Shown piece after piece: positions 45,569-64,000 of a stretch of DNA of 64,000 bases. Below the pieces are notes generated by a model. That model was not told the origin of the DNA, made no database searches, and was given only the letters and a program-made list of their open reading frames with translations. The stretch lies in assembly GCF_009914755.1 (NCBI RefSeq), contig NC_060943.1. One strand, given 5' to 3'. This stretch comes from the human T2T-CHM13v2.0 reference genome, Homo sapiens. Made by a program: the position numbers and the translations under genes. Position 1 is the stretch's first letter. Each line of letters begins with the position of its first letter.

Positions 45569-45569
45569 T

Positions 45570-45736
<167 letters not shown>

Positions 45737-45799
45737 CTACAAAAAGTGTATTTAAATTAGCTGAGCGTGGTGGTGCATACCTGTAACCCCAGCTACTCA

Positions 45800-46233
<434 letters not shown>

Positions 46234-46318
46234 CTACAGGTGGGGATAATCATGCTGTAGGATTGCAAACCCTTAACTGCAACAACATTTAACTGTTTTG
46301 CTGCCAACCTCCTTCTAG

Positions 46319-46739
<421 letters not shown>

Positions 46740-46845
46740 TGAGGGTGAGGGGGAAGGGGCAGCCACAGGCTGCGTCTCAGGGGCTGTGCAGTGAACCCTG
46801 CTGTTCTCTCTGTCCCCCTCCTCCTCTCCGTTGTCATGGTGACAG

Positions 46846-46862
46846 AGCAGGCACCAGGCCTG
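46846..46862 (+). CDS. TLE6: TLE6 exon 8, 17-nt microexon (Q)QAPGL
   Basis: Long pyrimidine tract then gacag acceptor, GTGAGT donor; needed to keep frame between exons 7 and 9. Confidence 0.88.
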
Positions 46863-47195
46863 GTGAGTAAACAACCTCAGCTCTATCCAGAGGGGTGGGC
46901 TTCCGGGCAGGCGGTTGGGCTCCCCCAGGTCAGGGCACTGGGGTTCCTGTGGGATTTGTCTTCCTTCCATCCTGCCCCTCGGGTCCCCCGGGGGGGACTT
47001 GGGTGATCCAGGAGGCTATACTGGAGTAGCCCAGGACCCACAGCCCAGGGCTTCCAGGACCCTATACCCTGACTCTCTCTCTGCAACTCTGCCTGGACCC
47101 GCAGACAGGACCCCAGGCAGCTGACAAGCCCTGTGCAAGCTGCCCAGGAATCCGAGGTCTTCTGGTCCTAACAGGCAGGTCAGCAGGCCTGATGA

Positions 47196-48136
<941 letters not shown>

Positions 48137-48550
48137 TCAAGGCATTTGGGGAAGACTTTTTCATGGAAGGGGATGGGGTGTAGCTGTGTTAGAACTGGAT
48201 GCAGATTGTCCCAACCTTGTGGAGTGATGCTGGGAGAACCCAGGTGGGGCAAAGAAGGCTTTTCTGGGGAAGGAGCATAATAGCTAGGACCATAAAGGAT
48301 GAATAGGAGTTCTTCCTCCTGGGGCAAAGCAGTCTAGGAAGAAGGCAGAAGTATGTGGAGGGCTGTGGCAAAGGGACAATACTTGAAGGAATATGAGCAG
48401 GACATTGAGGGGAGTCTAGAGGGTAAAACAAGGCCTGAGAGAGGGACCCCAAAATCTGAAAAAGAAGCCCCTCTAGGCCTTGATGTGTGGCTCCCACTGG
48501 GCAAAGGGGCTCACAAGCAGGTCAGTTACCCCAAGGCCTCCCCTCCCAAG

Positions 48551-48803
48551 ATCCTGGGACCCTGAGGACTTTGAAGATGCATGGAAGAGGCCAGATGCCT
48601 TGCCCGGGCAGTCAAAGAGACTCGCCGTCCCGTGCAAACTGGAAAAGATGCGGATCTTGGCACACGGGGAGCTCGTGCTCGCCACGGCCATCAGCAGCTT
48701 CACGCGGCACGTGTTCACCTGTGGCAGAAGAGGCATCAAGGTGTGGAGCCTGACTGGACAGGTGGCTGAGGACAGGTTCCCTGAGAGCCACCTGCCTATA
48801 CAG
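48551..48803 (+). CDS. TLE6: TLE6 exon 12, [11 protein letters not shown]...ESHLPIQ (start of WD40 propeller)
   Basis: Matches ORF 48480..48944; Groucho-type motif [13 protein letters not shown]...GIKVW; 253 nt. Confidence 0.95.
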
Positions 48804-49009
48804 GTGAGGACGGCCTTGGTTTCCAGGGATGCAGGGCTTCTGGGAACAGGGGGTTTGAGGTTTGAGTCTGGCAGAGCCCAGATCGTGGAGAGAGGGCTTC
48901 CAGGGAAAAGGGGCATAATAGCTAGGAACCTAAAGGATGAATAGGAGTTCGCTCTCATGAGGCAAAGCAGTCCAGGCAGAATGCCACGGGGGGCGACAGC
49001 TCACAGTGA

Positions 49010-49378
<369 letters not shown>

Positions 49379-50482
49379 TGAACCTGGGATATAGCACTCT
49401 CCCAGCCAAAACCCCTTGCCCCCTTGAACTTGGATTTGAGAAAGTTTAGAGGTGCGGACTTGAATCTTGGCTGGACTGCGTTCCTTGCAGCCCAGGGCAT
49501 TTTACTTTTTGTCTGCCTCAGTTTCCCCACCTGGACACAGGATGTGACAGCCCCAAACTCAAAGGCTTGTTAGAGGGCAAATTTGTTGTAAAAATATAAA
49601 ACAGCAGGCCAGGCCTGGTGCCTCAAACATGTAAACCCAGCACTTTGGGAGGTCAAGACGGGACAAATGCTTAAGCCCAGGAATTCGAGATTAACCTGGG
49701 TAATGAATAAAACGAATTTATTCTATTTTTATTAAATAGAATAAATTTTATTTAATAAAAATTAAATAGAATTTTTATATAGTCTATTTAAAAATATGTA
49801 TATATAAATTGGCCGGGCGCAGTGGCTCACGCCTGTACTCCCAGCAGTTAGGGAGGCCGAGGCAGGCAGATCCACGAGGTCAGGAGATCAAGACCATTCT
49901 AGCTGACACGGTGAAACCCTGTCTCTACTAAAACTACAAAAAAATTAGCCAGGCGCGGTGGTGGGTACCTGTAGTCCCAGCTACTCGGGAGGCTGAGGCA
50001 GGAGAATCCCTTGAACCCGGGAGGCGGAGCTTGCGGTGAGCCGAGATCTGTGCCACTGCGTTCCCAGCCTGGGCGACAGAGCAAGACTCTGTCTCAAAAA
50101 AGAAAAAAAAATACACACATATATAAATAAATATATATATAAATACATAAATATATACATAAATATATACATAAATATATACATATATAAAAAACAGTCT
50201 GGGTGCGGTGTCTCACACCTGTAATCCCAGCACTTTGGGAGGCCGAGGTGGGTGGATCACTTGAGGCCAGGAGCTCAAGACCAGCCTGGCCAACATGGCG
50301 AAACCCCCTCTCTACTAAAAAATATGAAAATTAGCCGGCGTGGTGGCACATGCCTGTAATCCCAGCTACCCCGGAGGCTGAGGCAGGAGAATCGCTTGAG
50401 AAGCGGAGTTTGTGGTGAGCCAAGATGGTGCCACTGCACTCCAGCCTGGGTCACAGAGTGAGACTCTGACTCAAAAAAAAAT

Positions 50483-50532
<50 letters not shown>

Positions 50533-50582
50533 TACACACACACATATTAAATATATGTAAATAGGCTGGGCATGGTGGCTCA

Positions 50583-51014
<432 letters not shown>

Positions 51015-51330
51015 CTATTCCCCTTCCCTGCTTGAAGGGATTCCTGTAGACCTGCCTCAGAGCTCGGGTGGACTCAGGGTGGAAGAGGCAAGGGGAGGCC
51101 TAGGTGAGGCCAAGGGGAGGCCCAGGCGGACGGAGAAGGGAGGCTGAGGGCTGGGAGGGGCCGGCACTAGATCCTGTGTCTGTTTTCTGCCAACTTTGAC
51201 ACTCTGTGCAGGCAGAGATTTTTGGGTGGTGGCACTGTCCCTTTCATGCCCAAATGTAGTGACTGGTGTTTCCGGGGGCCCAAACCTCAGAGTCTTGACC
51301 TGACTGCCTCCCGATGTCCCTTCTGGCCAG

Positions 51331-51472
51331 GGACCTCAAGGGTTATCCTGATGGAGTCAAGAGTATCGTGGTCAAGGGCTACAACATCTGGACTGGGGGT
51401 CCGGATGCCTGTCTGCGGTGCTGGGACCAGAGGACCATCATGAAACCTCTGGAGTACCAATTCAAGTCTCAG
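51331..51472 (+). CDS. TLE6: TLE6 exon 14, [11 protein letters not shown]...EYQFKSQ
   Basis: WD repeat ([13 protein letters not shown]); 142 nt; GT-AG borders. Confidence 0.95.
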
Positions 51473-51677
51473 GTGCGGAGGCCGGGATGGGGTCTGCTTG
51501 GCCAGGCATCCTCTGGTCCTCAGATTAAAAAATGAGGTTGAGGCCGGGCTCCGTGGCTCACGCCTATAATCCTAGCACTTTGGGAGGCCAAGGTGGGTGG
51601 ATCACCTGAGGTCAGGAGTTTGAGACCAGCGTGGCCAACATAGTGAAACCCCATCTCCACTAAAAATACAAAAATCA

Positions 51678-52091
<414 letters not shown>

Positions 52092-52925
52092 CTACAAAAA
52101 ATAAAAATAAAAATTAGCTGAGCATGGTGGCACGTACCTGGGGTCGCAGCTAGTTGGGAGGCTGAGGTGAGAGAATGGCTTGAGCCCGGGAAGGCTGAGG
52201 CCACAGTGAACTGTGATCATACCAGTGACTGTAGTCCAGCCTGGGTGACAGAGTGAGACCCTGTCTCAAAAAAAAAAAAAAACGGGGGGGGGGGGGGCGG
52301 GTGGGCGGGGGGAGGATGAACTCTGGGAAGGAAAAAAGGTAGTGGTTCTAAGTCTCACTGATGCTCCAAACACAGAGATCATTAGAAATATTCTTTGCAG
52401 GCCGGGCGCAGTGTCTCACGCCTGTAATCCCAGCCCTTTGGGAGGCCAAGGCGGGTGGATCATTTGAGGTCAGAAGTTCAAGAACAGCCTGACCAACATG
52501 GTGAAACCCCGTCTCTACTAAAAAAAAAAAAAAAAAAAAAAAAAAAACAGAATAATTAGCCAGGCATGGTGGCGCATGCCTGTAGTCCCAGCTACTCAAG
52601 AGGCTGAGGCGGGAGAATCGCTTAAACCCCAGGAGGCAGACGTTGTCGTAAGCCGAGATCGTACCATTGTACTCCAGCCCGGCAACAGAGCGAGACTCCG
52701 TCTCAAAATAAACACTCATGCTGTATCAGGTGCAAAGTAGGGAAGACTCTCCATTTTACACACCAACAAACTGAGGCACAGATACGAAGTTGCTTGTCCC
52801 AGGGCTGCACAGCTAGGAAGGGGTCAGTCACCCGGCCTCCAGGATAGGTCCCCAGGCTCCTGCCTGCTTCCTGGGCCAGGCTGGGACCTAACCAGGTTCC
52901 TCCCTCCCCACTGCCCATTACCTAG

Positions 52926-53189
<264 letters not shown>

Positions 53190-53511
53190 TAGCAGAAACC
53201 AATTTTGGGGATGCTCTTATAGTGGAATGAGGGAGGGAAGGGGGTGGGTGCCTGGGCCCTTCCTCCCCACCCGCCCCACCGGCGCGGTCCGCCTCCGCCC
53301 TTCCCCCTTCAGCCACTGGTGTCCCCATGAGCCCGGGGAGGCTGAGGCCACAGTGAACTGTGATCATACCACTGACTGTAGTCCAGCCTGGGTGACAGAG
53401 TGAGACCCTGTCTCAAAAAAAAAAAAAAAAAAAAAGGTGGATGGGGAGGATGAACTCTGGGAAGGAAAAAGGTAGTGGTTCTAAGTCTCGCTGATGCTCC
53501 ATTTCTCCCAG

Positions 53512-53588
53512 GCCAGTGGTGGGCAAGCGTTGGAATGGACGACTTCCTTGGCGTCTACAGCATGCCGGCGGGGACAAAAGTGTTCGAG
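53512..53588 (+). CDS. TLE6: TLE6 exon 16, (G)[25 protein letters not shown]
   Basis: tttctcccag acceptor, GTACTG donor; 77 nt. Confidence 0.95.
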
Positions 53589-53916
53589 GTACTGCGGTGG
53601 GCTTGGGGGCAGGACCCGGGGGTGGCCCCAAAGGGACCAGCCTGGGCAACACAGCAAGACCCTGTCTCCACAAAAAACTTAAAAAGTAGCCAGGTGTGGT
53701 GGCTCACGGCTTTAATCCCAGCATTTTGGGAGGCTGAGGCAGGAAGATCTCTTAAGTGTAGGAGTTCGAGACCAGCCTGGCCAACATAGTGAGACCCCAT
53801 CTCTACAAAAAATAATTAGCTGAGCCGGGCGCGGTGGCTCACGCCTGTAATCCCAGCACTTTGGGAGGCCGAGACGGGCAGATCATGAGGTCAGGAGATC
53901 AAGACCATCCTGGCTA

Positions 53917-54513
<597 letters not shown>

Positions 54514-54653
54514 TCATCCCACTCCGGCTCCTCTTTTCATCCCCCCCCTTCCCCCCCCCCCCAACAAGGGGGACATGGTGGAGGGAAGCGGGAAGGCTCT
54601 TCTGTGGCATCGCACGATCTAGTCTGTGGTGTAGACTGGTCGCCATCACGTGT

Positions 54654-54659
54654 AATAAA
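54654..54659 (+). terminator. TLE6: TLE6 polyadenylation signal AATAAA
   Basis: Canonical hexamer 155 nt after the stop codon. Confidence 0.85.
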
Positions 54660-54780
54660 GCACCCGGGAAAGGCAGAGTGTGGACGCGTCCTGTCCTCTG
54701 AAGGGAAAGGGGCCTTCCCATCCCGTCCCTGCTCAACTTGTGGAAATCTGGAAGGACTTCGTCCAGCCTGGTGGCTCTAA

Positions 54781-54812
<32 letters not shown>

Positions 54813-54962
54813 GAGGCAGGGTCTCACTTTGTTATGCAGGCTGGAGTGCAGTGGTGCCATCACGACTCCCTGCAGCCTCTCCAACTCCTGGGCTCAAGCC
54901 ATCCTCCTGCCTCAGCCTCTTGAGTAGTTGAGACTACATATATGTACCACCGTGCTCGGCTA

Positions 54963-55229
<267 letters not shown>

Positions 55230-55628
55230 TTAATAGAAATAACAAAATTTTGTGTAGACACAGGGTCTTGCTCTGTTGCCCAGGCTGGTCTCAAATTCCT
55301 GATTTTATGTGATTCTCCCACCTCGGCCTCCCAAAGTGCTGGGATTACAGGCGTGAGCCACTGTGCCTGGCCTCAAACTCCTGATTTAAGCGATCCTCCT
55401 ACCTTGGCCTCCCAAAGTGCTGGGATTACAGGCATGAGCCACCGTGCCCAGCCCTCTGAGCCGTTTCCGTCCTCGTTCTCTGGGAATCTAGTCACAGCCA
55501 CAGACTTTGCTGTCGGGGTAGCAGATCTCCACCTCCGCCGCCCGGAGCAGCTCCAATCTGGTCCGATGTTTCTGGTGTGATTCCAGGAGCAGTGTGAGTG
55601 GTCCTGTCCTAGACATGTCCCATTTGAC

Positions 55629-55830
55629 CAGTAGTCTCCAGTAGGGTGATTCTGCCCCCCCGGGGACTCTAGGCGATGTCTGGAGGCATTTCTGGTTGTC
55701 ACGACTTGTGGGGTCCCCCTGGCATGGAGTGGGTGGGGGCAGGGACATTACTCACCACTCTGTGGTGCCCAAGACGGCCCCACCCCAGAGGATGGTCCAG
55801 TCCCGAGGTCCACAGTGCTAAGGTCGAAAC
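55629..55830. mobile_element. MER20-like DNA transposon in the TLE6-TLE2 gap
   Basis: GGTGATTCTGCCCCC...GGCGATGTCTGGAGGCATTTCTGGTTGTCACGACT. Confidence 0.65.
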
Positions 55831-56681
55831 AAATTTCCAGTAGCTTCACTGGTCGGCCTTCTTCCCACACAAGCTAGGGCTCTGGAAACGCCACTTGCCC
55901 ACCCTCCCTTTTCCAAGCTATGAAGGGGCCCAGATGTCAACGGGCCTAGGCTCCTTAACCCAGAGAATTATCCCCTTTCCTGCGGTGTCTCCAGAAACAT
56001 CCACCAGGGCGTGCCTTCTGTTCTCAGCAGGAACCCTCCCATCTCCTTCTAGAATGTTCCCAGCGGCATCTACTCCGCCCAACCTATGCTGCCTTAAATT
56101 TTTTTTCTAGAGATGGAGTCCCACTATTGCCCAGGCTGGTCTCAAACTCCTGGGCTCAAGCAATCCTGCCGCCTCAGCCTCCCAAAGTGTTCAGATGACA
56201 GGTGTGAGCCCCAGCACCGGTCCTAACCCTTGCTGTACGTGGTAGCCCACCTGAGCTTCCAGAACACGGGGCTGATTGCCCCCCACTCTCCCCGCTCCCC
56301 ACTGAAGCCTTGTCTGCAGGCCTCGTTCTCCAGAACCTGGCTGTCTTCTGGGTAACCACCAGGCCGAGTTCCCCTTGCCTCTGAGATATCGCATCCGCCA
56401 TTCTCCTCTTTCCAGAACAGTCTTCTCAGTGCTCTGGGGGCTGTTTCTCATCCCTTAGTGCTCAGTGTACCCCTCCCCTCCACTGGGCAGGGACGTTTGC
56501 TCAGCCCTTTGCCATGCGCAGGGCTCTTAGAAATCCTTGGAATCTAGCCAGGTGCAGTGGCTCACGCCTGTAATCCCAGCACTTTGGGAGGCCGAGGTGG
56601 GTGGATCACCTGAGGTTAGGAGTTTGGGACCAGCCTAGTCAACATGGAGAAACCTTGTCTCTACTAAAAATACAAAAATTA

Positions 56682-56855
<174 letters not shown>

Positions 56856-57156
56856 CTACCTGGAGTAGAGCCCCGTACACCATGTGGGTATGAGCAAGGA
56901 AAAAATGCATGAACCCTGAGACTCGGGGACTACTTGTTACGCAACAGCATCTTAACGATCCTGCCCAGCGCAACTCCTGTGTCTCAGAGTGGCTCTCACA
57001 TACCAGGCAGACACCTCTGAATATCCTGCAGAAAGAATTCTCGTTACGTATGACCCCATCCCCAGGACATGGTTGCCTCCCAGTAACCGTGCCCAAGAGG
57101 AACAATGATCACCGGTTCCCCAGCCCGAGAGAGAAGTGCGGATGTGATAGATACAT

Positions 57157-57162
57157 TTTATT
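57157..57162 (-). terminator. TLE2: TLE2 polyadenylation signal AATAAA
   Basis: TTTATT on the + strand, about 185 nt downstream of the TLE2 stop. Confidence 0.85.
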
Positions 57163-57346
57163 TCCACCGAGGTCCCCTGCCCATCGGCCCCCACATGCAG
57201 CAGGGGAAGGTGTGAAGCCGTTGGCCAGAGAGCAGATGGGATGTACGGTTCCTAGGCAGGGCTGGGAGGCGGCTGCTAGGATGTCTGTCCTGGCTGCTGA
57301 TTCCCCTGGGAGTCTGGACTTCGGGTACAGGAAGGGGGGTCATGTC

Positions 57347-57535
<189 letters not shown>

Positions 57536-57588
57536 TCAGGAACGGGAGGTCAGGACTCGCCTACAGAGTGACGTGTTTCTTTTTTTGA

Positions 57589-57770
<182 letters not shown>

Positions 57771-57771
57771 A

Positions 57772-57987
<216 letters not shown>

Positions 57988-59030
57988 TGAACTCCTGACC
58001 TCAGGTGATCCGCCTGCCTTGGTCTCCCAAAGTGTTGAGATTACACGCATGAGCCACCGCACCCGGCCTAATTTTTGTATTTTTAGTAGAGACTGGGTTT
58101 CCCCATGTTGGCCAGGCTAGTCTCAAACTCCTGACCTCAGGCGATCCACCGCCTAGGCCTCCCAAAGTGCTGGGATTACAAGCGTGAGCCACCGCGCCCG
58201 GCAGAGCGACTTGTTTTCTACAGACAGGTGCTTTGGAGCTAAGTCCAATGGGCAGAACAGGGCCTCCATTCCCTCAATACCAAGAGAGATGGAACTGAAG
58301 TGCTGCCCTTTCTGGAAGCTCAGAGTGGGTGTGCACCAGGCATGATGTCACACAGCACAGCAGAGGGCCAAGGCAATGGCTTAGACCAGGGATCAGCAAA
58401 CTTCACAAAGGGCCTGGTAAACATTTTAGGCTTTGCCTAAAGTCTAAATAAGTCCATGTCACATATTCTGGGATTTTTTTCTTACAACCCTTTGAAAATA
58501 TAAAGGGTTGGCACGGTGGCTCGGCGCTTCGGGAGGCCGAGGCAGGTGGATCACCTGAGGTCAGGAGTTCCAGACCAGACTGGCCAACGTGGGGAATCCC
58601 CGTCTCTACTAAAAATACAAAACTTAGCCAGGCATGGTGGCGGGCACATGTAATGCCAGTTACTTGGGAAGCTGTGGGAGGAGAATCGCTTTAACTCAGG
58701 AGGTGGAGGCTGCAGTGAGCTGAGATTGCGCCACTGCACTCCAGGCTGGGCGACAGAGAAGGACTCCGTGTCAAAAAAACAAAAAAACACTGTACCAACC
58801 AGGACGGGCATATTAAAAACACTGTACCAACCAGGACGGGCATATTAAAAAGACAGCCAATAACAAGTGTTGGTGAGGATGCAGAGAATTTTAAAATTTC
58901 AATCACTGCTGATGGGGATATAAAATTTGAAAAACAGGCTGGGTGTGGTGGCTCACACCTGTAATCCCAGCACTTTGGGAGGCCAAGGCGGGTGGATCAT
59001 GAGGTCAGGAGATCAAGACCATCCTGGCTA

Positions 59031-59327
<297 letters not shown>

Positions 59328-59330
59328 CTA

Positions 59331-59799
<469 letters not shown>

Positions 59800-59915
59800 T
59801 GATCCGCCTGCCTCAGCCTCCCAAAGTGCTGGGATTACAGGCATGAGCGACCGTGCCCGGCCGGCAAATTTTAAATTTTATAATATTATATGCATGTTAC
59901 TGCAACTAAATTTTA

Positions 59916-60386
<471 letters not shown>

Positions 60387-60499
60387 TCACTGCAGCCTCC
60401 ACCACCTGGACTCAAGCGCTCCTCCCAAGCAGCTGGGACCACAGGTGTGCACCACCACGCCCAGCTAATATTTTTATTTTTTGCCGGGGGCAGTGGCTA

Positions 60500-60820
<321 letters not shown>

Positions 60821-61266
60821 TCAAACTCCTGGCCTCAAGCGATCCTCCCACCGTGGTCTACCAAAGTGCTGGGATTACAGGTGTGAGCCACTGTGCCCAG
60901 CCCAAGTTTTGTTTGTTTGTTTGTTTGGTATAAGATATCCCATGTACTATTTAGGATATACTTACACTAATGAATGATTTTTTTTTAAAAAGAGATAGGG
61001 TCTCACTGTATTGCCCAGGCTGGAGGGCAGTGATGTCATCATAGCTCCCTACAGCCTCAAAGTCCTGGGCTCAAGCAATCCTCCTGCCTCAGCCTCCCTC
61101 GTACCTGGCACTACAGGTGCGACCTACTGGCTGTTTAATTTTTTTGTAGAGAAAGTCTTGCTATGTTGCCCAGGCTGGTCTTGAACTCCTGGTCTTGGGC
61201 GATCCTTCTGCCTTAGCCTCCCAAGTAGCTGAAACTACACACATCAGCTACTGTGCCTGGCTTAAA

Positions 61267-61298
<32 letters not shown>

Positions 61299-61305
61299 TT
61301 TTTAA

Positions 61306-61587
<282 letters not shown>

Positions 61588-61767
61588 TAAATTTGAATCT
61601 CAGATAAGTCATCAGTAATTTTTAGGACAGGTATATCCCAAATACTTCATTATTTGGTTTTTAGTATAAGTATATCCCACACACCATTTGGGATATACTT
61701 GTACTAACGATTTGCTTTTGAGTATATAAAACTTAGTATATAAATAACATTATTTGTTATTTATCTA

Positions 61768-62019
<252 letters not shown>

Positions 62020-62047
62020 TCACGAGCCCCTCTTTGTTTTGTGTTGA

Positions 62048-62338
<291 letters not shown>

Positions 62339-62828
62339 TAGTACGCCCGGGTAATTTTTGTATTTTTAGTAAAGACGGCGTTTCACCGTATTGGCCAGGC
62401 TGGTCTCAAACTGCCAACCTCAAGTGATCTGCCCGCCTCGGCCTCCCAAAGTGCTGGGACTACAGGTGTGAGCCACCATGTCAGCCTACGAGCCCCTTTG
62501 GATATTGGGGGGTGCCCAGCACCATCAGGGGTTGCGGGGGTGGAGTCCAACATTCTCCCTCTTCAGCACCCCCCTAGAGAAAGGCAGCTGGCCCAGGACT
62601 GGGAACACAGCAGACAACTGCATGTCGAATCATTAATATTAATCAGAATTACACAGAACCCTAGGGCTGCACATCCATTATCTGCTCTGAGCGCACAACA
62701 GCACAGGGAGGAGGGAGAGAGGAGGGAGGAGGGACAGAGAAGGGAACAGCCAGGCAAGGACAATCACTCCCCTTAAGCAGATGATGGAAGCTGAGGCAGT
62801 GTCCCCTCAAGGTCACAGAGCAAGACTA

Positions 62829-63179
<351 letters not shown>

Positions 63180-63209
63180 TCACTCTTAGCTTGGAATGTT
63201 CCTTTTTGA

Positions 63210-63377
<168 letters not shown>

Positions 63378-64000
63378 TAGAGATGGAGTTTCTCCATGTT
63401 GGTCAGGCTGGTCTCGAACTCCTGACCTCAAGTGATCCACCCACCTCGGCCTCCCAAAGTGCTGAGATTACAGGCGTGAGCCACTGCACCCGGCCTCGGT
63501 TTGATTTTTAAAAGATTCAGGGTCCTCCACCTCATTTTAAGCACAAACAGGAATCAGGCTCTGTTCCACCCCAAACCTCTTGGAGTCTCACTAACAAGAT
63601 GCCTGTGGAAATAACCACACATTTGCAGAAGAGAAGACTGGAGGGCTTCAAATGTCCTCTCCTGGCCATACAGAAGTGTTTCTGTGTAAAGACGCATTGG
63701 GGGACACCCAGTGAGCTAGGAGATATTCACCATGGGATCCCTAGAAATGTTCTTAGCCCACCTAAGCTTCGGGGCCACGGGATGGAGAGCTGTGTCCACC
63801 TGCACTCCTGAAAGAGAAGAGCAGGTTGGACATAAAGAGCTTGGGAGGGCAAGCGCGGTGGCTCAGGCCTGTAATTCCCACACTGGGAAGCCGAGGCAGG
63901 TGGATCACTTGAGGCCAGGAATCCAAGACCAACCTGGACAACACAGTGAAACCCTGTCTCTACCGACAAATACAAAAATTAGCCGAGCATGGTGGTGCGT

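Overview
Primate, almost certainly human, genomic DNA matching the chr19p13.3 gene order ZNF77(-) / TLE6(+) / TLE2(-). It is extremely Alu-dense (more than half of the sequence by eye). Three genes are present. (1) The ATG-only first exon, CpG-island promoter and part of intron 1 of a minus-strand gene, probably the KRAB zinc-finger gene ZNF77 (named from synteny; no KRAB exon is in the window). (2) The complete TLE6 gene: I assembled 16 coding exons with GT-AG borders, totalling 1719 nt = 572 aa + stop. (3) The last three exons and poly(A) signal of TLE2, convergent with TLE6. The rest is Alu, ERV1/MaLR LTRs, MER DNA transposons, L1/L2 fragments and microsatellites. Nearly all ORFs in the supplied track are Alu artefacts. 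I cannot support a wholly new biological system here. The best leads are: a degenerate Groucho Q-domain relic in the TLE6 N-terminal exons; a remodelled WRPW/eh1 pocket in TLE6; direct repeats flanking TLE6 exons 12 and 15; an orphan CpG/ETS/SP promoter near 10 kb; and a six-CCAAT array plus G-skewed minisatellite at the ZNF77 5' end. Repeat family names and TLE1 comparisons are from memory and need confirming.
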